From Candidatus Thermosaccharophagus tengchongensis (lineage in GTDB: Bacteria > Armatimonadota > Fervidibacteria > Fervidibacterales > Thermosaccharophagaceae): 64,000 nucleotides of DNA. The stretch lies in the NCBI GenBank assembly GCA_032161105.1, contig JAVHTD010000010.1; one strand, given 5' to 3'. The notes under the pieces were generated by a model. That model made no database searches. It worked only from the letters and a program-made list of their open reading frames with translations, and was not told where the DNA came from. Below are positions 40,874 through 48,690 of this stretch, piece by piece. Numbering within the stretch: position 1 is the stretch's first letter; every line of letters starts with the position of its first letter. The translations under genes were made by a program, and so were the position numbers.

Positions 40874-43318
40874 CTATTCATCCCCCTCACTGTCGCGGTG
40901 TGCTTGTGCCGTGGCGCTGCTTAAAGCGTTGTCGCTTTGCACATCACGAGCATACTCACATTTGTCCGAACTGCATTTGACGATAAGTTTTGAACGCTGC
41001 TTAACCTGAATTAGTGGTGAGCCGCAAATCGGGCACTGCTCACCCGTTGGCTTTCCGGGCAACAGGATGGTGCACTTAGGGTAGTTGCTGCATCCGTAAA
41101 ACACCTTCCCCCTGAACTTACCCTTGCGTGCTACTCTTGGGCGAAGGTAACCATTACAGCCATCTGCTGGGCATGGTATCAAGTTGCTCTCATCAATCGG
41201 CATTGTGAACTTACACTGCGGATAGTTTGAGCAACCCCAAAATGCGCCGGTGCGACCGATGCGCTTGACCATTGGCGCACCGCAAACTTGACAGCTTCTT
41301 TCGGCGCTGCGGGCGTCTACTTCAACTTCGTATTGCCCCTCTTGCTCCCCCTCTTTGACTTGTTTGCTCGGCGCCTCGTGAATCGCTTCCTCTACCAGCT
41401 GGGCAGTGAATTTGCAATCCGGAAAGCCGCTGCACGCCAAGAACGGACCATAGCGGCTATACCTGATGACCATTCTCCTTCCGCACCTTGGACAAGCCTT
41501 ATCAGTCTCAACACCACTAAACTGCTTCATACCCTCCTGTGCTCTCTCAAGTGCTTGCATGAACGGCTCATAGAATGTCCGGACGACACTCACCCAATCG
41601 GCATTCCCCTCCTCAACGGCATCAAGATGCTCTTCCATTTGCGCTGTGAACTTGATGTTGATTAACTCGGGGAAGTGCGCAACGAGCTGGTCGTTGACAA
41701 GCATTCCAAGAGGTGTGGCATGCAGCTTCTTTCCCCTCACCTCAACATAGCCTCGCTTGATTATCGTTGAAACAATTGGCGCATAAGTGCTCGGGCGACC
41801 TATACCGTAGCGCTCCAGCGCTCTTATAAGCGTTGCCTGGGTATATCTTGATGGTGGCTTTGTCCAATGCTGCTTCGGCATTACATCAAGTAGTCTTAAC
41901 CTCTCACCAACTCTCACATCCGGAAGCCAACCCTCTTCCTCCCGCTCTTCCTCATCATCTCTACCCTCTTGGTAAACTGCCAAGTAGCCATCAAACTTGA
42001 TCCTTGAACCAGTTGCGCAGAGCAAGTAATCTCCACCTTGAATGTCTATGCGCATGGTGTCATAAATTGCATCTGCCATTTGCGATGCAACAAACCTTTG
42101 CCAAATTAGGCTATAAAGCTCATGCTGAGCTCGGGTTAGATATGGTTCAACATTGTTCGGGTGACGCATGACTGATGTTGGTCGTATGGCTTCGTGAGCA
42201 TCTTGAGCTGAACGCTTTGGGCGATATTGCCTTGGCTTCTCTGGGAGGTATTGTTCGCCAAAAGCGGTCATGATGAACTCTCTTGCCTGTTGAATAGCCT
42301 CCGGGGCAACGCGTGTTGAATCCGTGCGCATGTAGGTGATCAAACCGACGGAGCCTTCATCGCCAATTTCAATCCCCTCGTAAAGCTGTTGAGCGACGCG
42401 CATCGTCTGTTCAGGATTGAACCCGAGCTTCCTTGAAGCCTCCTGCTGCAGCGTTGATGTGATAAACGGTGGCGGTGGTGGCTTCGCTTTATCCTCACGC
42501 TTTAGGTCAATGACGATGAAGTGCTGCTGCCTGAGCTCATCAGCGATGCGCAACGCTTCCTGTTCATTCGGTATCTGAATGTCGCTTCCGGCGAACTTTA
42601 TCAGCTTAGCTTCAAATGGCTCATCTCTATCTTCGGGCGTGAGCAACACCGTTATCGTCCAATACTCCTGCGGGACAAAATTTTGTATCTCTCGCTCGCG
42701 CTCACAAACAAGCATCAGTGCGACTGATTGGACGCGCCCAGCACTGAGTCCCTTTGCCACTTTGCTCCACAGCAGGGGGCTTAAGTGATAGCCGAATATT
42801 CTGTCAAGGACTCGCCGTGCCTGTTGCGCGTTGACTAATCGCATGTCAATGTCCCTTGGCGAGCTGAGCGCCCTTAAGACGGCGTCCCTCGTTATCTCGT
42901 GGAACTCAATCCGCTTTGTGTATGGGCAGTTGATCAGCTGAGCTACATGCCACGCAATAGCTTCCCCTTCTCTATCTGGGTCTGAGGCGATGTAGACTTC
43001 CCTCGCCCTCTTCGCGGCTTCTTTTAACTCATTGATGACCTTGCGCCTTGAGGGGATGACGACATACTTTGGTGCAAAGTCATTCTCAACATCCACTCCA
43101 AACGAACTTTCGGGAAGATCACGCACATGTCCCATCGTGCTCAATACTTTGAATCCAGCTCCAACGATGCCCTGCACTGTGCGAGCCTTCGCCGGCGATT
43201 CAACAACGATCAACTTCTCGCCATTACATTCGTTTTGCGGTGATGCAATCCCTCTTTCCCTCTTCCCTTTTGAACGCTTACTGACTTTGCCCTTGGAGCG
43301 CACATGCTTGCGCATCAC
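40874..43318 (-). CDS. topA: DNA topoisomerase I with C-terminal zinc ribbons
   Basis: VVESPAK, DPDREGE, SAGRVQS, ITYMRTDS, AHEAIRPT, GIGRPSTY, repeated CxxC/CSNYPxC. Confidence 0.97.
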   Translation of the reverse strand: MMRKHVRSKGKVSKRSKGKRERGIASPQNECNGEKLIVVESPAKARTVQGIVGAGFKVLSTMGHVRDLPESSFGVDVENDFAPKYVVIPSRRKVINELKEAAKRAREVYIASDPDREGEAIAWHVAQLINCPYTKRIEFHEITRDAVLRALSSPRDIDMRLVNAQQARRVLDRIFGYHLSPLLWSKVAKGLSAGRVQSVALMLVCEREREIQNFVPQEYWTITVLLTPEDRDEPFEAKLIKFAGSDIQIPNEQEALRIADELRQQHFIVIDLKREDKAKPPPPPFITSTLQQEASRKLGFNPEQTMRVAQQLYEGIEIGDEGSVGLITYMRTDSTRVAPEAIQQAREFIMTAFGEQYLPEKPRQYRPKRSAQDAHEAIRPTSVMRHPNNVEPYLTRAQHELYSLIWQRFVASQMADAIYDTMRIDIQGGDYLLCATGSRIKFDGYLAVYQEGRDDEEEREEEGWLPDVRVGERLRLLDVMPKQHWTKPPSRYTQATLIRALERYGIGRPSTYAPIVSTIIKRGYVEVRGKKLHATPLGMLVNDQLVAHFPELINIKFTAQMEEHLDAVEEGNADWVSVVRTFYEPFMQALERAQEGMKQFSGVETDKACPRCGRRMVIRYSRYGPFLACSGFPDCKFTAQLVEEAIHEAPSKQVKEGEQEGQYEVEVDARSAERSCQVCGAPMVKRIGRTGAFWGCSNYPQCKFTMPIDESNLIPCPADGCNGYLRPRVARKGKFRGKVFYGCSNYPKCTILLPGKPTGEQCPICGSPLIQVKQRSKLIVKCSSDKCEYARDVQSDNALSSATAQAHRDSEGDE

Positions 43319-43354
43319 TACGCATCCCCCGAGGTATTAACGCTCAATCAAAAA

Positions 43355-43428
43355 TGGGCCGGGCAGGATTTGAACCTGCGACCTTGGGATTAAGAGTCCC
43401 CTGCTCTACCTGGCTGAGCTACCGGCCC
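43355..43428 (-). tRNA. tRNA-Lys(CTT), CCA not encoded
   Basis: GGGCCGGTAGCTCAGCCAGGTAGAGCAGGGGACTCTTAATCCCAAGGTCGCAGGTTCAAATCCTGCCCGGCCCA cloverleaf. Confidence 0.95.
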
Positions 43429-43778
43429 ACTGCAGGTCAATTGTGCTAACAACGATATAAACGCTTCATTGCTTTGGGCTCTTACTACCGGTGTTCAAAT
43501 TATAACGCATGCAAGTGCCCACATCATTTCGCCATGCTGCGTTAAATCTGCCCGCGCTGCCAGCCGCACAAGTGGACAGCTAACTTCACTGCCAAATCAA
43601 GATATGCAACCGAGATGCCCACAATGCCAATATGCCGAGACAGCCTCTAACCCATTTGCTGCCTCACTCAGAGTAGTTGCCTCGCAACAGTTGATAGAAG
43701 CGCTCAGCTACAACTAAGCATCGCTTTTCCCTCTGCTCCATTAGCCATATTGGGATAGGACCAAAATTGTAACCGCTC

Positions 43779-44323
43779 TCAAAACGAAACAGTCCACATC
43801 ACCCTGATCTCGCATCGGGTTAATTTCCTCCTTTCAAACCCCCAGTCAAATCTTTCCACCTCAAACTTTGGTGGGGATACACAGGTAACAACTAACCCGT
43901 TGTCAAACGAGAACTGGTTTCCGTCCTGGGTAAAACTCTTGGCATTGACATGCAGGCAATAGGTTGCTCTAAGTTTGGGTCCGTTCCATTGGTCTCGCAA
44001 AACAAAATAATCGTGCCGTTCTGGGTGGCGTATGAATATGACTGTGCGACGATATGACGAAGATCGCTCGAAAGGCGAAGCACACATGGTTGCCCTGGTG
44101 TGGGATTGTAGTTGGCAAGCGGCCACTCGTGTGCCAAGCGGAGAGCTTTGCCTGAGGGTATAACTCCATCTAATCCCTCAATCAGTTGATTAAGCCCCTC
44201 TGTTCCATAGCCGCCAATATAAACGCAATTTGGTGCCACAGCGACAGAAGTCAACTGGATTAAGCCTTTAGCGAATACAGCTGCATTCAAGATGCGAGAG
44301 CCACTGCATCTCTTCAAAAGCAT
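43779..44323 (-). pseudogene. Probable decayed gene fragment(s) between tRNA-Arg and tRNA-Lys
   Basis: Two overlapping short frames; segment YRRTVIFIRHPERHDYFVLRDQW…ATYCLHV reads like an internal piece of a larger (heparinase II/III-like) protein; no clear start/RBS. Confidence 0.45.
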
Positions 44324-44332
44324 TATTCGGTA

Positions 44333-44410
44333 TGGCGCGCCCGGAGGGATTTGAACCCCCGACCCCGGGATCCGAAGTCCCGCGCTCTATCCAGACTGAG
44401 CTACGGGCGC
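44333..44410 (-). tRNA. tRNA-Arg(TCG), CCA encoded
   Basis: GCGCCCGTAGCTCAGTCTGGATAGAGCGCGGGACTTCGGATCCCGGGGTCGGGGGTTCAAATCCCTCCGGGCGCGCCA. Confidence 0.95.
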
Positions 44411-44436
44411 GCCGTGCTTACTCACGCAATTGGCTA

Positions 44437-44528
44437 AGGCGGGCCTGGGAATCGAACCCAGCCTCTGCCTTACATCGGCAGAGCCGACGGATTTGCGATC
44501 CGTGGGGCACACCAGCACCATACCCGCC
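44437..44528 (-). tRNA. Atypical tRNA-Sec-like tRNA with GCA (Cys) anticodon and long variable arm
   Basis: Acceptor GGCGGGT/GCCCGCC+T73; D-arm GGTGC-TGGT-GTGCC; anticodon arm ACGGA-TCGCAAA-TCCGT; variable stem CTCTGCC/GGCAGAG; T-arm CTGGG-TTCGATT-CCCAG. Confidence 0.85.
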
Positions 44529-44594
44529 ACTTCGGAAAATGCGCATTAACTTCCCCACTTCCTCCATGATGAATGAGCCATCCTTTTCCCCTCA

Positions 44595-45185
44595 TCACCC
44601 AACAAGCAGCTTGAAAATGGCGGCAAGCAGCGCAACTAAGAGCGGAATTAACATACCAAACAACCATCGCTCAAGAAGGACGAACCGCCTCTCAAATTGC
44701 GCAAACCGCACCCTTATTTCGCCTCTCAGCTCTTCAAATCGTCTATCCATCTCACCTCTTAGCTCTTCAAACCGCTTGTCCATTTCACTGAACCGCCTAT
44801 CCATTTCACCTCTTAACTCTTCAAACCGCTTATCCATTTCACCGAACCGCCTGTCCATTTCGCCTCTTAACTCTTCAAACCGCCTGTCCATCTCACTCCT
44901 CAATTCCTCAAACCGTTTGTTCATCTCACCCCTCAATTCTTCAAACCGCCTGTCCATCTCACTCCTCAATTCCTCAAATTGCCTATCTGCCTCGCCTCTT
45001 GAATATTCAATCTCCCGTTGGAGCGAACCTATGCGGGCTTCAAAGTAGCGTTCAAAGTATGGCGGCACCTCTGGCACAAGGGGCGCTACAACTGTCACGA
45101 GTGTGCGAAGGAAGTTCTCAACAGCCTCCTCGCTCATCCCAAGCCTGCGCGCAAGCTCATCAATCACTTGCTGCCTACTCGTCAT
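44595..45185 (-). CDS. C-terminally anchored coiled-coil protein (DUF1640/CCDC90-like head-stalk-anchor layout)
   Basis: Short helical head, FEELRxEMDRR repeat stalk, C-terminal TM WLFGMLIPLLVALLAAIFKLL; GGAGG RBS. Confidence 0.8.
   Translation of the reverse strand: MTSRQQVIDELARRLGMSEEAVENFLRTLVTVVAPLVPEVPPYFERYFEARIGSLQREIEYSRGEADRQFEELRSEMDRRFEELRGEMNKRFEELRSEMDRRFEELRGEMDRRFGEMDKRFEELRGEMDRRFSEMDKRFEELRGEMDRRFEELRGEIRVRFAQFERRFVLLERWLFGMLIPLLVALLAAIFKLLVG
44706..44978 (-). repeat. Coding tandem repeat: seven 33-bp (11-aa) units interspersed with two 21-bp (7-aa) units
   Basis: FEELR(S/G)EMDRR-type hendecads and F(G/S)EMDKR heptads. Confidence 0.9.
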
Positions 45186-45323
45186 TGCATATCCTCCAAA
45201 CAAAAGTTGAAAGCGTGGGCACCACGCATAGCATAAAGAGCAACCGACCTTTCAATGAGGGAATCTTCAAGCATGGATGCGAACTTAATCCAACTCCGTT
45301 GATGGTGTTCATGCTGGAGAATG

Positions 45324-45397
45324 GGCGAGCGGCGGGACTCGAACCCGCGACCCCTGGGGCCACAGCCCAGTGCTCTAACCGCTGAGCTACGCCCGCC
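45324..45397 (-). tRNA. tRNA-His(GTG) with G-1:C73
   Basis: GGCGGGCGTAGCTCAGCGGTTAGAGCACTGGGCTGTGGCCCCAGGGGTCGCGGGTTCGAGTCCCGCCGCTCGCC. Confidence 0.95.
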
Positions 45398-45467
45398 ACA
45401 AACTTAACCATTCAAATTCTTCAAACTCACCACACCGTATTCAGCAGTTTGCAGCCTCAACCTTGTG

Positions 45468-45541
45468 CGCCCCGGGCAGGACTCGAACCCGCGACCAGAC
45501 GCTTAGAAGGCGCCTGCTCTATCCACCTGAGCTACCGGGGC
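45468..45541 (-). tRNA. tRNA-Arg(TCT), CCA not encoded
   Basis: GCCCCGGTAGCTCAGGTGGATAGAGCAGGCGCCTTCTAAGCGTCTGGTCGCGGGTTCGAGTCCTGCCCGGGGCG. Confidence 0.95.
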
Positions 45542-45584
45542 ACTCATCAAGTCCTCTTTCACATGCAAAGTATCCATCTAAAAT

Positions 45585-45659
45585 TGGAGCGGGAGACGGG
45601 ACTCGAACCCGCGACCTACAGCTTGGAAGGCTGTCGCTCTACCTCTGAGCTACTCCCGC
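45585..45659 (-). tRNA. tRNA-Gly(TCC), CCA encoded
   Basis: GCGGGAGTAGCTCAGAGGTAGAGCGACAGCCTTCCAAGCTGTAGGTCGCGGGTTCGAGTCCCGTCTCCCGCTCCA. Confidence 0.95.
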
Positions 45660-45683
45660 TCATAACCTATTGCAATTGCCATA

Positions 45684-45758
45684 TCGGGGCGACCGGACTT
45701 GAACCGGTGACCTCCTGCTCCCAAGGCAGGCGCGCTAACCAAACTGCGCTACGCCCCG
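45684..45758 (-). tRNA. tRNA-Pro(TGG), CCA not encoded
   Basis: CGGGGCGTAGCGCAGTTTGGTTAGCGCGCCTGCCTTGGGAGCAGGAGGTCACCGGTTCAAGTCCGGTCGCCCCGA. Confidence 0.95.
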
Positions 45759-45879
45759 AATTGATCAACCTCACCACACTTTTATTTTAGCGCACTCACT
45801 TTGAGCACATTCGTGAAGGGGCTTGCGCCGTTGATTAAGCACTAAGCACATTTGTGTAGATGACTTTAGCAGTGCTTCT

Positions 45880-46938
45880 TCACTTCACCTCGGCGCGCAT
45901 TATTAACTCTGTCACGCTGCACGGCTGCAGACCCTTCTGGAGCAGCCCTTCAATTATGTCTGACAGGGAGTTTGATGTGACCTTGCTTGTTGCGTGCAAA
46001 AGGACAATGTCGCCAGATGTTGATTTCGTCACCACACGCCTTATAACTTCCCCCTCACTTACTCCCTTCTTCCAGTCCAAACCATCAACAGCCCAGTAAG
46101 TCGGAATGTAACCCGATGAGAGTAAGACCCTTACGACCCTCTCATCCCTGTCGCCATATGGTGGGCGAACATACGGAGTCAATGGACCATCGTTCCCGAT
46201 GGCTTTAAGTATTGACTGCTCAGCGTGCTTGACTTCACCAACTATCTCGTCGTCAGAGAGTTCCGTCAACTTCGGATGCGAGTAAGTGTGATTGCCGATT
46301 TCATGCCCATGTAAAGCTATCGCCTTTAAGGTGCTCGGAAAGCTATCAGCCCAATGCCCGGTCACGAAAAATGTCGCACGCACATTGTATCGTTTCAACA
46401 CCTCAAGTATGGGCGGCACATACTCGTTCGTAAAATGAGCATCAAATGAGAGTGCGACCAATCCCTCACTTACAGACAGGCGTGATAGCTCAAGTTGCCA
46501 AACCGGCTTACGGACTTCAATTCCATCAAGTGCTCCCTTAATGGCGGACGGCAAATGTGCCTTGAGAGCGTCAATTGATGGGCGACCCAAACCGTGAGCT
46601 GGTGGAGATATAGATCGTGTGCCTTCATTTTTATCGGTGCGATGTTCTGTTGCGCCCTCAGCTTGCGACTTTACCTCATCAATAGGATGAACTTTCTCCC
46701 TCGGCTTAGATGGGCGCTCAGCAATACGATGTTCGGATTCAACTGCTCTATTGGGGCGCAGGACTTTGACCCTTTCATTTGAGCTTGGGCGCTGGCTTTG
46801 ATCCGCGTTGCGGACGCTAACATAAATCCCGATGCAAAGTGAAACGATGAGCATCATGATGAGCAGCAACACTTTTGCGCTCCCGCAATGGTGTGAGTTA
46901 AACATCCGGCAATTCAACTTCACCACTCGCTTAAACAT
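45880..46938 (-). CDS. Membrane-anchored polysaccharide deacetylase (CE4/NodB domain)
   Basis: VALSFDA, ATFFVTG, GNHTYSHP, RPPYG, IVLLH; N-terminal TM; start uncertain. Confidence 0.88.
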   Translation of the reverse strand: MFKRVVKLNCRMFNSHHCGSAKVLLLIMMLIVSLCIGIYVSVRNADQSQRPSSNERVKVLRPNRAVESEHRIAERPSKPREKVHPIDEVKSQAEGATEHRTDKNEGTRSISPPAHGLGRPSIDALKAHLPSAIKGALDGIEVRKPVWQLELSRLSVSEGLVALSFDAHFTNEYVPPILEVLKRYNVRATFFVTGHWADSFPSTLKAIALHGHEIGNHTYSHPKLTELSDDEIVGEVKHAEQSILKAIGNDGPLTPYVRPPYGDRDERVVRVLLSSGYIPTYWAVDGLDWKKGVSEGEVIRRVVTKSTSGDIVLLHATSKVTSNSLSDIIEGLLQKGLQPCSVTELIMRAEVK

Positions 46939-47030
46939 TGCCCAACCTTTCACCACCATTCTGGCGAAGACACACAGCGTGTCTAAAACAGCAGCATTGG
47001 CTTCGCATAATGTCGGCGAGACGCAAGCAC

Positions 47031-48485
47031 TCACTGTATGCCGCAAAGTTGCTTATATAACTCCGTCACCTTCTTGATGTAGCGCTGCGTTATCGGGTAT
47101 GGGGGCACACCACCATACTTTGATACCGCGTTTGGTCCGGCATTGTAGCATGCGAGGGCGAGCGCAATTTGTCTCTCCGGTGGCAAATGAGCATAACTTG
47201 TGAGGTAGCGCGAGAGCAACCTCACACATCCCTCAATGTTCTGCTCCGGATCAAACGGATTTGATACGCCGAGCGATGCAGCAGTGCTCGGCATCAATTG
47301 CCCTAAGCCCATCTCCCCCTTTTGACCGACAGCATCGGGACGAAAGGACGATTCAACGGCTATCACAGCAACGACAAACCTCGGATCAACTCCATACAGA
47401 ATGCTGTAGTAAAGCAAAGCTCTGGCTATCCTTGTTGCCTGCTCATCGCTCAAAGACGGGTTGAAGTAAAGAGCTGCTCGTTTGTATGAGGGCAAAAGGT
47501 GTTGGACCTGTGTCCGTATAACATCCGACGATGGGAAGCCTTGCCAAATGATGTTCGGACGCAGCCTCGCATCAGTGTAAGTCCCTTCAAGTGCGGGCTG
47601 AGTTAATTGGTGGACGCGCTCACCCTGTTGCGCAGCATGAGTGCCATACTCACTTCGCCACCCAATGTAGTTAACACCGCGAGAGGGCATATTACCGCGA
47701 GGCTGAATCGGCGGCGTCGCATAAACTGGCTGGATCTGAGTTGATGGGGCTTGGGGTGATGCTGCGGATGCATGGAGAGACAACGCTCCAAATGGTGTGG
47801 CTATTCCCTGCAGCGGTTGTGCAGGTGTTGTCCATGCGGAGTAAATTTGGACAGCGTTCGGTTGCCCTGAGAACACCGGTATATGTGATTGCACCGAATA
47901 TGGCTGCTGACTTGCTGCATGTGTGCTTTGGGCAATCTGTGCCGGCGGTGCAGTTAAAGCGCGCTCAATCGGCGCCTGATAAATCACATTTGCCCCCTCC
48001 TGATAAGCTCGTGAGACAGAGGGAGACCATGCCGATTGAGCTTGTTCAAAATCAACGAGCTCAAGCGTGAGCACGGAGCTCACATTTTCCGGCACGCGAG
48101 CAACCACAGTTACAGCAATACCTGTGTGCGTATATTTTGGTGGGAGCGAGCCGCGCACAAAGATGAGCGAGCCATCCCTCGCCGTAATGCCGTATGTAAC
48201 AGAGTTGCGCGCTATCACGAGCGATGTCAACCTACCATTGATTCTGATTAGGCGACCGCGATGGACAGAGAGTATGGGTTTCACTTCATCGTAGTTGATG
48301 ATGTCAGACTGCTTAGCGCTTCCGGTTGGAGCATCACCTTGATTGTTTGAGTTGTATGCGCTTTGAGCGAGTGCAACGCCTCGGATGCCAAGATGCGCGC
48401 ACTCAAGCAGTATCAGTGTACTCAATATCGCCATCCGCACCAGCCTGACCAAACTCCAACCCGCCCACAAACTCGCGCCACCCAT
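47031..48485 (-). CDS. Lytic transglycosylase (SLT domain) with long N-terminal extension
   Basis: AVIAVESSF, GLGQLMP, DPEQNI, ACYNAGP, GGVPPY. Confidence 0.88.
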   Translation of the reverse strand: MGGASLWAGWSLVRLVRMAILSTLILLECAHLGIRGVALAQSAYNSNNQGDAPTGSAKQSDIINYDEVKPILSVHRGRLIRINGRLTSLVIARNSVTYGITARDGSLIFVRGSLPPKYTHTGIAVTVVARVPENVSSVLTLELVDFEQAQSAWSPSVSRAYQEGANVIYQAPIERALTAPPAQIAQSTHAASQQPYSVQSHIPVFSGQPNAVQIYSAWTTPAQPLQGIATPFGALSLHASAASPQAPSTQIQPVYATPPIQPRGNMPSRGVNYIGWRSEYGTHAAQQGERVHQLTQPALEGTYTDARLRPNIIWQGFPSSDVIRTQVQHLLPSYKRAALYFNPSLSDEQATRIARALLYYSILYGVDPRFVVAVIAVESSFRPDAVGQKGEMGLGQLMPSTAASLGVSNPFDPEQNIEGCVRLLSRYLTSYAHLPPERQIALALACYNAGPNAVSKYGGVPPYPITQRYIKKVTELYKQLCGIQ

Positions 48486-48690
48486 TCAACTCAACCCCTT
48501 TAAATTGAAGCTACGCCATTAAATGCAGCGATGACTTTCAAGTTGCCTGTGGGAATGCTACGGACAGGTTAACATCCTCTCCTACAAAAAGTGCCCCCTG
48601 CATTAAAGCAATTTAGCACAGTGCCGAAAGTTGGACAAGTTAACCCTTGAGGGCGCTCGGACAAATTATGCATGGGTTGCCAGTTTTCAC

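Noticed and set aside
44437..44528. Calling the element a canonical selC (tRNA-Sec UCA) or an ordinary tRNA-Cys
   Set aside because: Anticodon is GCA with 7/5 stems and U73, so it is not canonical Sec. The long variable arm, 4-nt D-loop, A8 and C33 are not ordinary Cys.
44706..44978. 33-bp repeats as a CRISPR array
   Set aside because: Units are contiguous with no unique spacers, vary at synonymous positions, and encode a coiled coil; no cas genes nearby.
44332..45048. 238-aa plus-strand ORF with SSNRLSISP repeats
   Set aside because: Antisense shadow of two tRNAs and the coiled-coil repeat gene.
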